Of a DNA stretch of 64,000 bases, positions 11,160 through 23,571 are shown piece by piece. Both the position numbers and the translations under genes were made by a program. Source of the stretch: Zancudomyces culisetae HAW-14-8 (taxonomy: Eukaryota > Fungi > Kickxellomycota); contig JBNJNM010000012.1 in NCBI GenBank assembly GCA_052426225.1, forward strand, positions 2,294,001 through 2,358,000. Reading direction: 5' to 3'. Below the pieces are notes generated by a model. That model saw nothing but the letters and a program-made list of their open reading frames with translations, was not told where the DNA came from and did not search any database. Position 1 is the stretch's first letter, and the number at the start of each line of letters is the position of its first letter.

Positions 11160-12440
11160 ACCCTATCAGTGCCTTTTTTCACCGCTAAAATCTCTGTTGA
11201 TGACCTCTGAAGATTTTTTCTGAATTTCTTTACTAAAAAACTGAACTCACTGAAAATTAAACGGATACATATCTCACTATTACTGTATACCTATGGAGTT
11301 CTATAGCATATTTATTGGTGATTATTTTTCTATTTATTCTTCTTTCCCCTTTTTTTTTTGCTCTTCCCATAAAAATACACTTTCTTTTTTTTTGGTATGC
11401 CTATTTTAGAGTTGCTGGTTAATAAATAACATCAATAGTAAAAAAACCATGGAGGGTTTAGCTGGTCATCAAAAGTTGTTGCATACAGGGTGTAATGGGG
11501 AGGGGGGGGGGAGATGGATGGGTTGATTCTACACCATATTGATCCCTTATTTTAAGTACAAACCCAGTTAATATTTTCTGGTAATATGCTGTCCTTACTG
11601 CGTTTATTCAGTTGTTTTTGTTATTTTGTTTTTTGCTAGGTGGTGATTTATCCCAAGATGTTATTAGTTGTGAAAACATAATATTTTTGCCAAACATAAA
11701 TACAAAGGGGACAAGGGCAGCTAAACATGCTCACTAAAATATCATTAACACTTTTTTTTCTTCCTTTTTGTATCTGGTATGTGTCTATGTGGGCTTGAAG
11801 CTCCTTGCAGGATTAGTAGTATTGTTTTATTGGTCAAAATAGATCTTTTGTTAAACTCGTTGAATGCTCAAAGCCTAGTGGGTTATTTTTATCGAATACT
11901 TTGGTCCATGTTTTTATGCACGTATTGGGATGCGACTTGGGATATCGGTGTTTATTGGTAATAATCAAGTTACCTTGAATTATAATAATTCCAAAAAAAA
12001 AAGTCGAAACTGCGACAAATTGCATAAAAATAACGATATTTCTGAATCACAGAATCCTTCAGAGTTAATAACACTGGGAGTTTAGTAAATCTTTTGTTTG
12101 CCATTATCGAAATAGTAGTAACAACTATATACTTACACATTATCTTTACCACAACGCCTAGTCTAGAGTATTAGAACGCAAAAACGGTGTAAACAGTGAA
12201 GTATAACAGAAACAAAAAGTAATATATTATATAGAACATCCTCCCCTTCTTTTTTTCTCTGCAAAAGGGCTACTACAACATCACACACACACAAAAAGGA
12301 GGCGCCTAGTTTATTCAAAAAGAATAATTGTTACTTTTTGATTGAAAGGGTAGAAATATCTAAGCGAAATTTTAGTCTTAAAGCTACAGTTTTAGTGGGA
12401 AAAATAAAAAGGATAATATATTTGGGCTATTCCAGAAAGA

Positions 12441-15395
12441 ATGGTGTTTTCAAACGATGCAAAGTTATATTCCCAACTTGTGGAACAAGCCAGCAATCCC
12501 CAAGAAATCCTGCAGGCACTTAAAAAAATCAAAAACAGCGTAATCGGAAATAATAAGAAAAAGCGCATCTTCACTATCGACTATGATTTATGTTTCATTC
12601 TAATCCAGATCCTGCAAAACTATGACTTGCAAAAGAGAACAGTTGAGGATGAGCGTAGATTTGAAAATAGCAAACAACAAATAATCGAACGAGAAAATTC
12701 CAAGGATAATGGTAGGTCAGGCAATAGAGAAAAGGAGGGAGTAGGAAAAAGAAGAGGAAAGGAAAAAGAAAGTAGGAATGAGAATGAGAATGGGAATGAG
12801 AATGGAAAATACAGTATAGGTTCAGAAGAATCTATAGGTACTATACTGCGAGGACAAGAGAGAAAGAATAAAATTATAAAAGAACAGGAGCAGGAGCAGG
12901 AGCAGGGGCAGGAGCAGGAGCAGGAAATAGACAGTGGTTTGATTCAGGAAATATGTGAACAAACTATCCTAATCCTGGCCAGCCTGATGCATGACCTCGA
13001 ATGCTTTCGCTATATCGAGAAAAAAGGATATTGTAGCGGTATTTTTAAGGAGTTGGTAAGAGTGCTGGTTGGTGGAAAACACCAGAAAAGAAAGATAGAC
13101 ACTACGAGCGTCGAAGAGGACATCAAAAGCGATAATCGGGTCAAAGTAAGGATCAGTGCTGATATTGAAACTGGGGTTGAAAATGAAACCAAAGAAGAAG
13201 AGGATGTAGAGCCTGAAACTATTCCGGCTGATTTAAAGCTTAAACAGCTGTCATTACAAGCCATTGATAGCTACCTAGGAAACAACAAGCGTAAGGAGTT
13301 TGGCATAGATATAAACGATTATAATACTGTGAAATATGGGCAAAGGGATATAAACACAGAATATGGTGAGGGAGAGGAAGTGCAGGAAGGAGAAAATTGG
13401 GCGGCATGTGGGGATGCCATGTCCGATTTTGAAAGTGAGTCGGATGAGATAATTGAATTTGTAGTAGAGAACATCAGGAAGAATACGCTAGATAAAAAAA
13501 AACTCAAGAGAAAGAGGCGAATTTCGAGCAAAGGCGTGTGGGCACGCAGTTATTTCGATGGAAACCGCAGTAGCATTAGCAGTAATAGCAGCGCAGGAAG
13601 TGTTGGTAGTACCGGCAGCAGTAGTAGCGGTATTTGGAGTGAGAGCGGAAAGGTCGAAGAACAAAGGCTATTGATCTATAGTATTAGTGTTATTGGAAAA
13701 CTCTGTACAAGCAAACAGCGGCAAATGTATTTTATGGATTTAGGAATTGTCGATATGCTACAACTTTTATTAGAACAGCAGAAGCCTCAGCACAGTAGGT
13801 ATGAACAAGAAGAGGGTTCACAGGTGGAGGTTGGTGGTATTGGCCATAGAAGGATTGAGCAAGTGATTTTGGATACGTTTTCAGATCTTGTAAACGAAAA
13901 CAAAATGGTTGCGGAATGGTTTTTTTGCACTAGCAACCGTATCCATTCGGTGATTGAAAGAACGAAATCAGATAACTATGATGTTCAATCGGCTGCATGC
14001 AGACTACTGGCCAAGCTAAGCAAAGTTTGTCCAAACACGCGGTACTTGCACCAAGTTGCGATTTCTGTGGTTCCCGTAATTTCCAATACGTTAACATCTA
14101 AAGGAAGTGAAGATCGGCTATTGAAGGAAGTACAGACCCTGGGATTATTATGCCACAGCAACGAGTATATGCAGATAGCGGCATACGAGGCTCGGTTAAT
14201 TCAAAAATTGGTTGACGTGATGCAGCAGGCGGAACAGGCTCAGCAAAGCGACTTTGTGGACTACAGCCGGAGTGTGAGTCTGCAGTATTACACACTTTTA
14301 ACAATTGCAGAGCTGATTTCGACTCGCGAAGAAATCCGAGCAGCAATTTCGCAGGAAGACGCTATGTTTGATGTGATTGAACGTGGAATGCAACACACAC
14401 AAAACCAAATCCGGGCGGCAGCATGTCTATGTGCACGATACCTAGCTCGGTCAACCAAAGTTCTGCGCACACGATTCCCTGATACCAAGATCCTGACTCT
14501 GCTTATGCAGCTGATTGACACCGATCCCGATGCCAATGTGCGGCTGATGGCGTCGTCGACGCTGCCAAACCTGGTCCTGGACTACTCACCGATGCGCCAA
14601 GATGCTATTGAAAACGGGTTGGTCAACAAATTGTTGCGTCTGCTCGACTCAAATAACTATTTATTGGTTAAAAATGCGCTGTGGACGTTTAAAAATATGT
14701 CATCAATGGCAGAGTTCGAAATCAAGCAGAATATTTTGCGCTCAGTAGGTTCGGAGCGTCTGTACTCATACCTCACTGACTGCTCACGTATTCCGATCCA
14801 GGAACAAGCTGCAAATCTGCTACGAAATATTGCGTGTAGTAACGAAGCCGATATTGAACTGGTCGTGCATTGTTATGGTGTTTCTCGGTTGCGCGGCTTG
14901 TTGAAGACGCTTACATCTTCAACTTCGGAACACGTCTTGACCCATGGACTGTATACTATGACCAACATAGCCATTGGCACGTTTGCACACAAGATGGTTA
15001 TTGCTGGTGACGACCAGCTGCTAACCACAATTGTATCTATGTTGGATCCTGCAAACTCATCTGAAATCAAAATAGCTACTCTGTGGTGCGTTACGAATCT
15101 GGCCTGGAACGATGATGGTGATTCTTTTTTCAGCACTGAAAATACCAACCAAGCCCAAGCCCAATCCCAAGCTCAAGCTCAAACTCAAATCCTGGGTCAA
15201 GGTCAAGGCTTAAGCACCAGTGATTTTGAAAGTGTTGATAGTACCACATTCGACAACTCAGACGGAACAAATGGCACTTCTTATCTCATAAGCATTCTGA
15301 AAAACTACCATATCGACAAGAAGACCGAGGCCCTAATCAAAGACAAGGATTTGGAAGTCAGAGACCGCGCCATGGTTGCCTTTGGGATGTTTTAG
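12441..15395 (+). CDS. ARMC8: Armadillo-repeat protein ARMC8/Vid28/Gid5 (GID/CTLH E3 ligase subunit)
   Basis: N-terminal LKKIKNSVIGNNKKK matches ARMC8. ARM repeats include AACLCARYLARS, NLVLDYSPMR, NALWTFKNM, QEQAANLLRNIAC and WCVTNLAW. Confidence 0.88.
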   Translation: MVFSNDAKLYSQLVEQASNPQEILQALKKIKNSVIGNNKKKRIFTIDYDLCFILIQILQNYDLQKRTVEDERRFENSKQQIIERENSKDNGRSGNREKEGVGKRRGKEKESRNENENGNENGKYSIGSEESIGTILRGQERKNKIIKEQEQEQEQGQEQEQEIDSGLIQEICEQTILILASLMHDLECFRYIEKKGYCSGIFKELVRVLVGGKHQKRKIDTTSVEEDIKSDNRVKVRISADIETGVENETKEEEDVEPETIPADLKLKQLSLQAIDSYLGNNKRKEFGIDINDYNTVKYGQRDINTEYGEGEEVQEGENWAACGDAMSDFESESDEIIEFVVENIRKNTLDKKKLKRKRRISSKGVWARSYFDGNRSSISSNSSAGSVGSTGSSSSGIWSESGKVEEQRLLIYSISVIGKLCTSKQRQMYFMDLGIVDMLQLLLEQQKPQHSRYEQEEGSQVEVGGIGHRRIEQVILDTFSDLVNENKMVAEWFFCTSNRIHSVIERTKSDNYDVQSAACRLLAKLSKVCPNTRYLHQVAISVVPVISNTLTSKGSEDRLLKEVQTLGLLCHSNEYMQIAAYEARLIQKLVDVMQQAEQAQQSDFVDYSRSVSLQYYTLLTIAELISTREEIRAAISQEDAMFDVIERGMQHTQNQIRAAACLCARYLARSTKVLRTRFPDTKILTLLMQLIDTDPDANVRLMASSTLPNLVLDYSPMRQDAIENGLVNKLLRLLDSNNYLLVKNALWTFKNMSSMAEFEIKQNILRSVGSERLYSYLTDCSRIPIQEQAANLLRNIACSNEADIELVVHCYGVSRLRGLLKTLTSSTSEHVLTHGLYTMTNIAIGTFAHKMVIAGDDQLLTTIVSMLDPANSSEIKIATLWCVTNLAWNDDGDSFFSTENTNQAQAQSQAQAQTQILGQGQGLSTSDFESVDSTTFDNSDGTNGTSYLISILKNYHIDKKTEALIKDKDLEVRDRAMVAFGMF

Positions 15396-15611
15396 CTTAA
15401 CTTTGTCTTCGTTCTTTGCAGTAATAGTAATAAAAAAACGAAATAATAAAACTGTTGTGCTTCAACTATATATTTACTAAAAGTTAATTATATTGAGTAT
15501 TGTAAAAACCGAAATAAAACAACATTTATAAAAATTTAATTGGGGGGTGGTGGAGGAGGTATGAGGTACTATTACTTTTAAATGCATCAGCTATTCCCAA
15601 AATACACCCTC

Positions 15612-16241
15612 TTACCACGCCAATTTACGTCTAATTCTATTAATTCTAATCAGCCTCTTTTTATACCCAGAGTTATTCCAGTCTATCTCTCGCTCAATAG
15701 CTAGCTCCTCCCGCCTCCAGGCAGGTGCCTGAGAGATCATCCGGATATAAATAGGACTTACATTAAATTTCTCGCCGAGCTTTGAGCATGTCCAAAGAGT
15801 AGGATCGGAAGAGCGAAGCTCTCTAATTTCGCTTATCTGCTCCTGTGTCAAGTTTGTTCGCTTGTTTTGTTGAGGTTCGGATGTGGATCTCAGCGATTCT
15901 ATATTTTGTACCTTGTCACTACCGCCATTAGCATCAATAGTCACTGTACTGTCACCTTTGTCTTTTGAAATGTTTAGTGGGATTCGTGAAGAAAATATTG
16001 AGCCATCAAGCAGCTTTCGTGAATATTCTAATTTGGATCCAAATCTGTTGATCAATTTGACTTCATTTTCGTTTGGTTCTTCGTTGCTTTTGATTTTGGA
16101 CCCGAATTCTTTGTAATTATCCAGCTCAGTCTTGACATTAATCGTCTTGTTTCTCACAATTAGCATTGTGTGGCTATTGAATTTGCTTGCCAATTTCTGT
16201 GTTGGCAGTTTTCCATGTCGGCATAAAATATTTTGTAGCAT
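15612..16241 (-). CDS. MRPL20: Mitochondrial ribosomal protein mL58 (MRP-L20 family)
   Basis: LTQEQISEIRELRSSDPTLWTCSKLGEKFNVSP motif and C-terminal RRKLAW. The ATG at 16241 gives a presequence-like N-terminus. Confidence 0.8.
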   Translation of the reverse strand: MLQNILCRHGKLPTQKLASKFNSHTMLIVRNKTINVKTELDNYKEFGSKIKSNEEPNENEVKLINRFGSKLEYSRKLLDGSIFSSRIPLNISKDKGDSTVTIDANGGSDKVQNIESLRSTSEPQQNKRTNLTQEQISEIRELRSSDPTLWTCSKLGEKFNVSPIYIRMISQAPAWRREELAIEREIDWNNSGYKKRLIRINRIRRKLAW

Positions 16242-17208
16242 TTTTCTTCTCTTTATGTTGTCAAGTATTCCTGGAATGAAGCGGATGGTATTCCAAAAAT
16301 AAAGAAAATAAAACAAGATTGTCAAAATCGATAATTGGATGATTATATATCACTAAATATTTTAACAACTACCCAAGTCTTGGTTTTACAGTGGTATTAT
16401 CAAACAAAGCATCAAAATGTTGTATATCTTTTTGCGCCAAACTTATTATCTGCGATATTGTTTTTTTTTTCTTTTGCTGGTTTTGGTACTTTTTTTATCA
16501 CAATTTTTAATAAGGCTAGCTCATATTATTGGATAATTTTACTAAACCCAGATCAGCTGTCTTGTAAGCACTTTATTCCTCTTTTCGTTCCCTCATACCT
16601 CCCTAATCCAAATTTTAACTTGCCCCACCCCCTTGCATATACCAGAAAAGGTACCTTGGTTGTCCTGCCATTGTTCCCAGCTTTTTTTGCAGAGATTAGC
16701 CTAGTAACTAGTATTGATCAACTTCGCTCCCCCCCCTCCCCCAATTAATCTCGAATCATTTCAAAAAAAAATTTTTTTTGGTTTTTCGATTCACTCTTTT
16801 TTTTTTTTTTTTTTACCACATATATATTTTCATTTTACTAATTATGAAGAAATTGCAAAATAACGAAAAAAAAATTTTTTTTCAGCGAATTGAATGACAG
16901 TTTACTAGTAATTTGCCATGAGAGAAAAAAAAAAGCGAATAAATATATCGTGGTTTTAGAGAATAGTTGCAACATACACTTTTTAATTTAATTGTACAGA
17001 TACTACATTGTGTTTTACAACCTGCTAGTTAAATAGAAGATAGTTCCGATACCCGTGGCATTTGATTTCATTTTCGATTCCGATCTGCTACCATCCCTGA
17101 ACTATTGAATTTCAATTTAAATCCAGATTCCAATACTGATTTTACGGCTCCAGCTACAGCTATAAACACGACCGTAGTTACGAAACAAACTAAATATAAA
17201 CACAGAAC

Positions 17209-18397
17209 ATGAATAGAGGTGGTTTTTCAAGATCTTCTGGTTCCAATTTTAAGAGGGGATCAGGATCATCAGGTTTCCGGGGAGGAAACAGCGGTGGTGG
17301 CCGAGGAGGCTACGGTGGCGGTAATAATAGAAAGAGCTTTGGATCAGGTCCTGGAAACAGACAAGGACAAGGGTATAATCAGGGTCCACCAGACTCAGTT
17401 TTGGAGTTGGGTACATTCATGCACAACTGTGAGGGAGAAATGGTGTGCAGTCTGACTACCAACCAAAAGGTTCCTTACTTCAATGCACCAGTTTATTTGC
17501 AAAACAAAACCCAAATCGGAAAAGTTGACGAAATATTGGGTCCCATCAACCAAGTTGTAAGTTGAATTTTTTATATATTATGCGTAACTATTTAATCAAC
17601 TCGATTATTTTTACCCGCTGCTGGCCACCAATTTGCACACTTTTAAACTATTTCAAAACAGATAATATATGTACAACTTGTTTAATATATAGCACTTCAC
17701 AGTAAAACTCTCTGAGGGAATCGTTGCCTCTTCTTTCAGCAATACTCCTGAAAACCCAACAAAGGTATTTGTAGCTCCTGATAAGCTTTTGCCTCTAGAA
17801 AGATTTTTGCCAAAACCCCCAGCTCCTAAATCAGGATCCAAGAAGAAGGCCGGAAGTAGAGGTAAATATTTGTTTAAAATAGTACACTGTTGCAATAGAG
17901 ACACGATACAAACTTGACATTTGCTTGTCTTTTCTCCTTTCCCCATATATATTCATTGTTTTTAACATAGCTCTAACAAAACCTATTTCTGTTATCTTAG
18001 GACCTAGAGGTGGTGGCGGTGATAGTAGTTTTGGTGGTAGAGGAGGCAGAGGCGGTCGTGGTGGTCGTGGAGGCGGTCGTGGTGGATTCAGCTCAAGAAG
18101 TGATGGTGGCCGTGTAAATAAACCGTCCGGATTCGGTGGTCGTGGAGGATTCAGCAGTGGAGGCCGCGGCGGTCGCGGTGGCGGTAGTGGTGGACGTGGT
18201 GGTGGTGGTGGTGGACGCGGATTTGGAAGAGGTGGAAGAGGCGGAGGTCGCGGTGGTAAGTTTTAGTTTTATAACTTTGCGAATAATATCATAAAATGGA
18301 CATGAATTGTTTTTGCTATCTACTTTCTTTCTGATTACATGATACTAACGCGTTTTTTGTTTGTGTATTTTTTTTTGAACACATAGGCCGATTCTAA
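17209..18397 (+). CDS. GAR1: H/ACA snoRNP subunit Gar1
   Basis: Exons 17209-17556, 17693-17861, 18001-18255 and 18387-18397. Core motifs [32 protein letters not shown] and [12 protein letters not shown] are flanked by RGG domains. Confidence 0.95.
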
Positions 18398-20712
18398 CAC
18401 ATTTTAGACTCGTAAAATATATTCACATTGCTTTTACCATCTCTGTTGTACCAGCTCTCTCTTTTTATAAGAAAATAAAAAAGCTATGAAAAAGAAATTG
18501 GAACCATGATCATGAATAACTAGCTAAAAAATACTTGAGATCGGAAAATGATGAATGCTGATTTATTTTTATTGTTTCTTCTTCATTAATGTTTGAAGAA
18601 CATTTTCTCTGTAGGTCTGCTTTTCGTTTGTTTTTATTTTTTTACTTTTGTCTACTAGGGCATGACCCTAAAAGTCGTTCACTATATATTATGTTATACT
18701 ATATTATTATACTTCATTATACTTTGATGTTATATATAAATATATCCAAATATCCCACTGCTTTTTTTAACCAAAAATTGTAAGTTTACTCTTCAATAGT
18801 AAGTAAAAGTATGTCGTAATTTGGTGTGTTTATGGCGGTGATGATGAAGGATGTGGTTATTATTATGCTTTACATTAAACCAGAAAAAAAATCAACAGAC
18901 CAATACGAGTGCAACATTTACACAGCACACCTTTTGCTTTCTAGAAGCTCATACAAACCATAGACGTGTAAAGTCGTAGTAAACGCGTGTCCTCTATTTT
19001 CTCTGGTAAAGTGAATAGAATAAATAACGTTTTTTTTTGTGATAAACGTAATGGTGGGAGTAAATATCGGAACTGTATAAACCCACTCATTCCTTTCTCT
19101 GAGACTACTACAAGTGGGCTTATGTTTTTTCTTTATTTGGAATGTCGTGCTGTATATTCCGTTTTTTTATCTGCTGGCCCTCGAATATGAAACGATTTTG
19201 TACTAATCATACGTGATATATTTGGTTTTTCTTTAAAGCCTCGGTTTAGGAGCTCTTCTGTCTAACCAACAAGTTTTGCTTAACTACAAGAGTAAACTTT
19301 ACGCTTATTTGAACCGCCATTTTGCATAAATATTTACGAGTCGGGTCGACATGGTTCTTTGACATTTTGTTTGTGCATTTCAGCAAATCTTCCTTTACTC
19401 TGCCAATTAAAATATCGGTATAGATACAACTGTATCACTACTAAAAATAAAAAAAACCTCAACTTGGGCGCTAATCGGAAAGCAACGAACAACAGCATTC
19501 TTGATGCAAGGCAAGGGTGATGTACTGGCAAATGGTAAACCCGCTCTTGGAGACCTGCATGTTTTCTATATCATTCCGACTTTTCTATTTCCGCCCTTTA
19601 CCTCCTCCCAGCCACCTTTTTTGTTCTGCTTAAGCCGCTCTAGAACAAAGCTAATATTACCAGAAAATCTAATCAGTGGCTGGTGGAACCATTTGAATTT
19701 TTAAAAAGTGAGCAATATCATGTTGGAAGACGTGCGTTATGGTGGGGATATCTTTTTTTTTCCAAGTTTTTATCTAAACACAAAAACTGTTCTGATATCC
19801 CAGCAAATACTCAGGTGTTATCTGAACAATTGCTTATCCTCATCAAGCAAAAATGGGGGGGAGTGCTTTCTTGTTTCTTCCTTTGTGGTTTTGCTTTTGT
19901 ATTGATGCATACTGAACAGAACGCTCATATAATTCATGTAAATACCATTCATCTTTATTTATCTGTCATTCATATTTTTTTCAATCCCAGTGGGTGAACC
20001 TGGCGCACTGTTCATTGACGCATTTTTCTCTCAACCATAAACAAATATGCATAATTTTAGGCACTTACAAACAAAAGCGCCTTTTGAGTGGGTTAGTCAT
20101 TTGATTCCTTTAACTCGTTATTGTATCATTCATCGCGGTCTGATACTTTTTCTCCATTACACAATCATTTTTTTTGATTACTAAGGAATGCTAATGTTTG
20201 GCACGGTCATTTTGCAAATCAGGGTTAGCTATACACTACATTTTTTGTGGCTAGTAACCATTGAACATACGCGAGGAAACGTATAAAAAGCGGTTGGTAA
20301 ATAAATACATATATGTTGTGTGCTTTTTTGTATCTATCTATTGTTTATAGTCGGAGAATATATCATAAAAAACACTTCAAAGGAAAAAAACTTGTGGAAT
20401 AGCATTAATTGTAAACATTAGTTTCAGTCTTTGCGCCAAAAACAAGAGTTTCTTAACAACTATACTGGTCAGTGTATAAGTATACAGGTGATAAATAGTT
20501 TTAAATCGGTTTAGCCTTTACTTTTTAACTCTATCACAAACACTTAACATCAGTACAAAAAATACGTGTTTAGACTATTTTGTCTTTTGAATAGAATACA
20601 TTTAACTCTATATTTATATTTTCTTTGTACTTAACATAGGATATTATTTCATTTTCAAGATACCTTTCAAGTAATTATTAAAGCCAGCTAAAGTAAGAAA
20701 ACAAGCAAAAAC

Positions 20713-23025
20713 ATGGATGACTTTAACGATCCTTTTGCACCAGCAAAGAGCTACTATAAGACTGATTATCGCCGACCGTCTCTATTTACTGGAAGGGCTG
20801 TAAAGGTAATTATTATTTCTTTTTCTTTCTCCTCTCCTACTCTACTCTGTATTTATTACTTTTTCAGATTGTTCTTGTCTCCGAAATGTGATAAATAATG
20901 AATATAGAGCTGTTTAATTAAAAATAAGATTAGTAGGCATACTTATTAATGGGGAAGGAAGTGCACGTTGAAGAGTTTATATCATAGAATGCATAATACA
21001 TTATAGGATGCAAGTGAATCCCTTGTCGCAAACCTCATGGGAAGAAGAGGCTCTCTGGACGTCCGTGGAACAAATGGACACAAAGTACTAATCAAACTGG
21101 ATGAAGTTCAAGACGTCATACTACGCCAAGAAGACACAGATAAAAACTACCAGATAACCATTGAAGATACTGGGCCCAAGCTAATACGTGTCCCAACACT
21201 GAGTAGCGGAGGACATCGCTTTATGGACATCAGAGGGAACTATATGCTTTCAAACCTTCTTCAGGAGGTGGCTTTGGCAAAAAGGGAGGGCAGAAAGGAA
21301 GCCGTGATCGATTTAGACCGATTGAGCGAAAACCCCGTAGATAGATTACAGAGAATGATAAGAACTGTGTTCTGGGACGATTTAATAAGAAGCATGGATA
21401 TTGATGGGCTGGAGCGGATCTGCAATGACCCCAAAAATCTTTCTAGCACTGGCGAGGCAATAATATACACTCCCTACTATGACGATGACGCGTATGAGTA
21501 TTACATATGGGCTGCAAAAGTCAGACCAGATCTGAATTTAAAAGTGGTGAAACTTCCTCAAGATATCACACCAGAGTATGTGAAAAGCATAAATGACAAG
21601 TTTGGAATACTCGCTTTGGCAGCAGAGATCGGACCCAAGGGTACTGGTGTAGCTGGTGGAGATTCACGAAGTTACAAACCAATTCCATTTGTTGTTCCTG
21701 GTGGAAGATTTAACGAAATGTATGGCTGGGATTCTTATTTCGAGGCATTGGGCTTACTTACGGACTACCGTATTGAGTTGGCAGCAGGTATGGTTAGTCA
21801 CTTTGTGTATCAAATAAAACACTACGGAAAGATTATGAATGCGAATAGATCATACTATTTAACAAGATCGCAGCCCCCGTTTTTGACAGATATGGCTTTA
21901 CAGGTTTACAATAAACTTCCCAAGACTGCGGAAAATGAAGAATGGTTAAAGGTTGCAATAAACGCTGCAATCGATGAATATTACAAAGTCTGGATGACCC
22001 CACCGAGACTCGATGAGGAAACAGGGTTGAATCGCTATTATTCTACCGGAATAGGAATGCCACCAGAATGCGAGCCTACACATTTTGACCACACCATTAA
22101 GCCATATGCAGAAAAACTGGGGATTTCACTTGATGAATACAAGTGCAAGTACCAAAGCGGAGAAATAAAAGAGCCTGAACTCGATGAATATTTTGTACAC
22201 GATCGGGCAGTAAGAGAGTCTGGACACGACACAACCTACCGTTTTGAGAGCTGTTGTGCATATCTGGTCACTGTTGACTTAAATTCCTTGTTGTACAAGT
22301 ACGAAACAGACATTGCCAAAGTAATCCACGAAATGTTTGAAGGAAAGTTGGTGAATAATAGGGGTGAAGTTGAAACTAACGCGATATGGGAAGAAAGAGC
22401 TCTAAAAAGAAAGCAAAACATCGACAAATATCTGTGGGATGAAGAAAGAGGAATGTATTTTGACTATAATATAAAGACAAAAAAGCGAACAGTCTTTGAG
22501 TCAGCCACAACCATTTGGCCAATGTGGGCCGGCTGTGCATCAGCTGAACAGGCAGAAAAGCTTGTGCCAAACGCTTTGAAGGCGCTACAGGTTGCTGGTG
22601 GTCTGGTGTCTACATCCAAGAGATCTACACAGGAAGCATCATCTGGTGGTCCAGGAAGACAATGGGATTACCCATATGGATGGGCACCTCATCAGATGTT
22701 GGCATGGGTCGGGTTGAAAAAGTATGGATACATAGATCATGCTAGGAACATGGCTTATAGATGGCTGTTTACAATCACCCAAGCCTACACAGATTACAAT
22801 GGCGTAGTGCCTGAAAAGTTTGACATTGCCAATCTTACCCATCGTGTAGAAGTTGAGTATGGAAACGTTGGAACAGATTTTAAGCTTTTATCTACATGTG
22901 GGTTTGGGTGGATGAACGCATCTTATGATATTGGTCTTGAATATCTAACTCCACATATGCGACGCGCGCTGAGTGCCTTGACACACCCTGACGAGTTGTT
23001 TTCAAAGCTCAACTCACGGCGCTAG
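20713..23025 (+). CDS. NTH1: Neutral trehalase (GH37)
   Basis: Exons 20713-20805 and 21007-23025 join in frame. Ca-binding DTDKNYQITIED, PGGRFNEMYGWDSY, RSQPP, RESGHD, QWDYPYGWAP, PEKFD and GFGW are present, with PKA-type RRPS and RRGS sites. Confidence 0.97.
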
Positions 23026-23571
23026 CCGTATCTTTTTCAATAAACCAAAAAAAAAGCAGATTGAAACCTGCTAATCTTTTTTTCTGTAGTTTAAATCTAG
23101 GCAGCCTACTGGTATTTTATCGTTTTGACAATCTTTATAGGGTCAGAACCCTTGGGCACTTTACACAATTTAAGTTAGTATTTATACCAAAATCATAGTA
23201 ATATTATACTGTGTTTGAATTTGTGTTTATTTAATGGCCACATTTTTACGGTTTTCAAACTTGACTACTGTACCAAATAATGACGGGTTTGACAAATATA
23301 AGCAAGGTAACCCGTGATTAGTAATAGCAAGAGTTGAGGAAAAGATCGAAAATGAGGAAGACGGGGATGGTGTACAATCTCCATGGTTTAGCTGGCTGTC
23401 TACGTACTTGGGATATTTTTCAGGTTATGGCTCCTGCTTTCTATGTCACTCGCCACCATTGGTTTGGTGTACAAAAAATCTTACATTTTATCTAAAGTTT
23501 GGTTTTGATGCCAAAAATATGTACATATTGCATCGGATACGCATAATCATACCGTTTCCCTACTGTGAGAG

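Noticed and set aside
17557-18386. Intronic snoRNAs in GAR1
   Set aside because: No properly spaced box C/D pair or clear H/ACA double hairpin was seen.
22860-22925. Trehalase CGFGW instead of the usual E/D-GFGW
   Set aside because: The catalytic Asp (ESGHD) and Glu (PEKFD) are intact, so there is no reason to infer inactivity.
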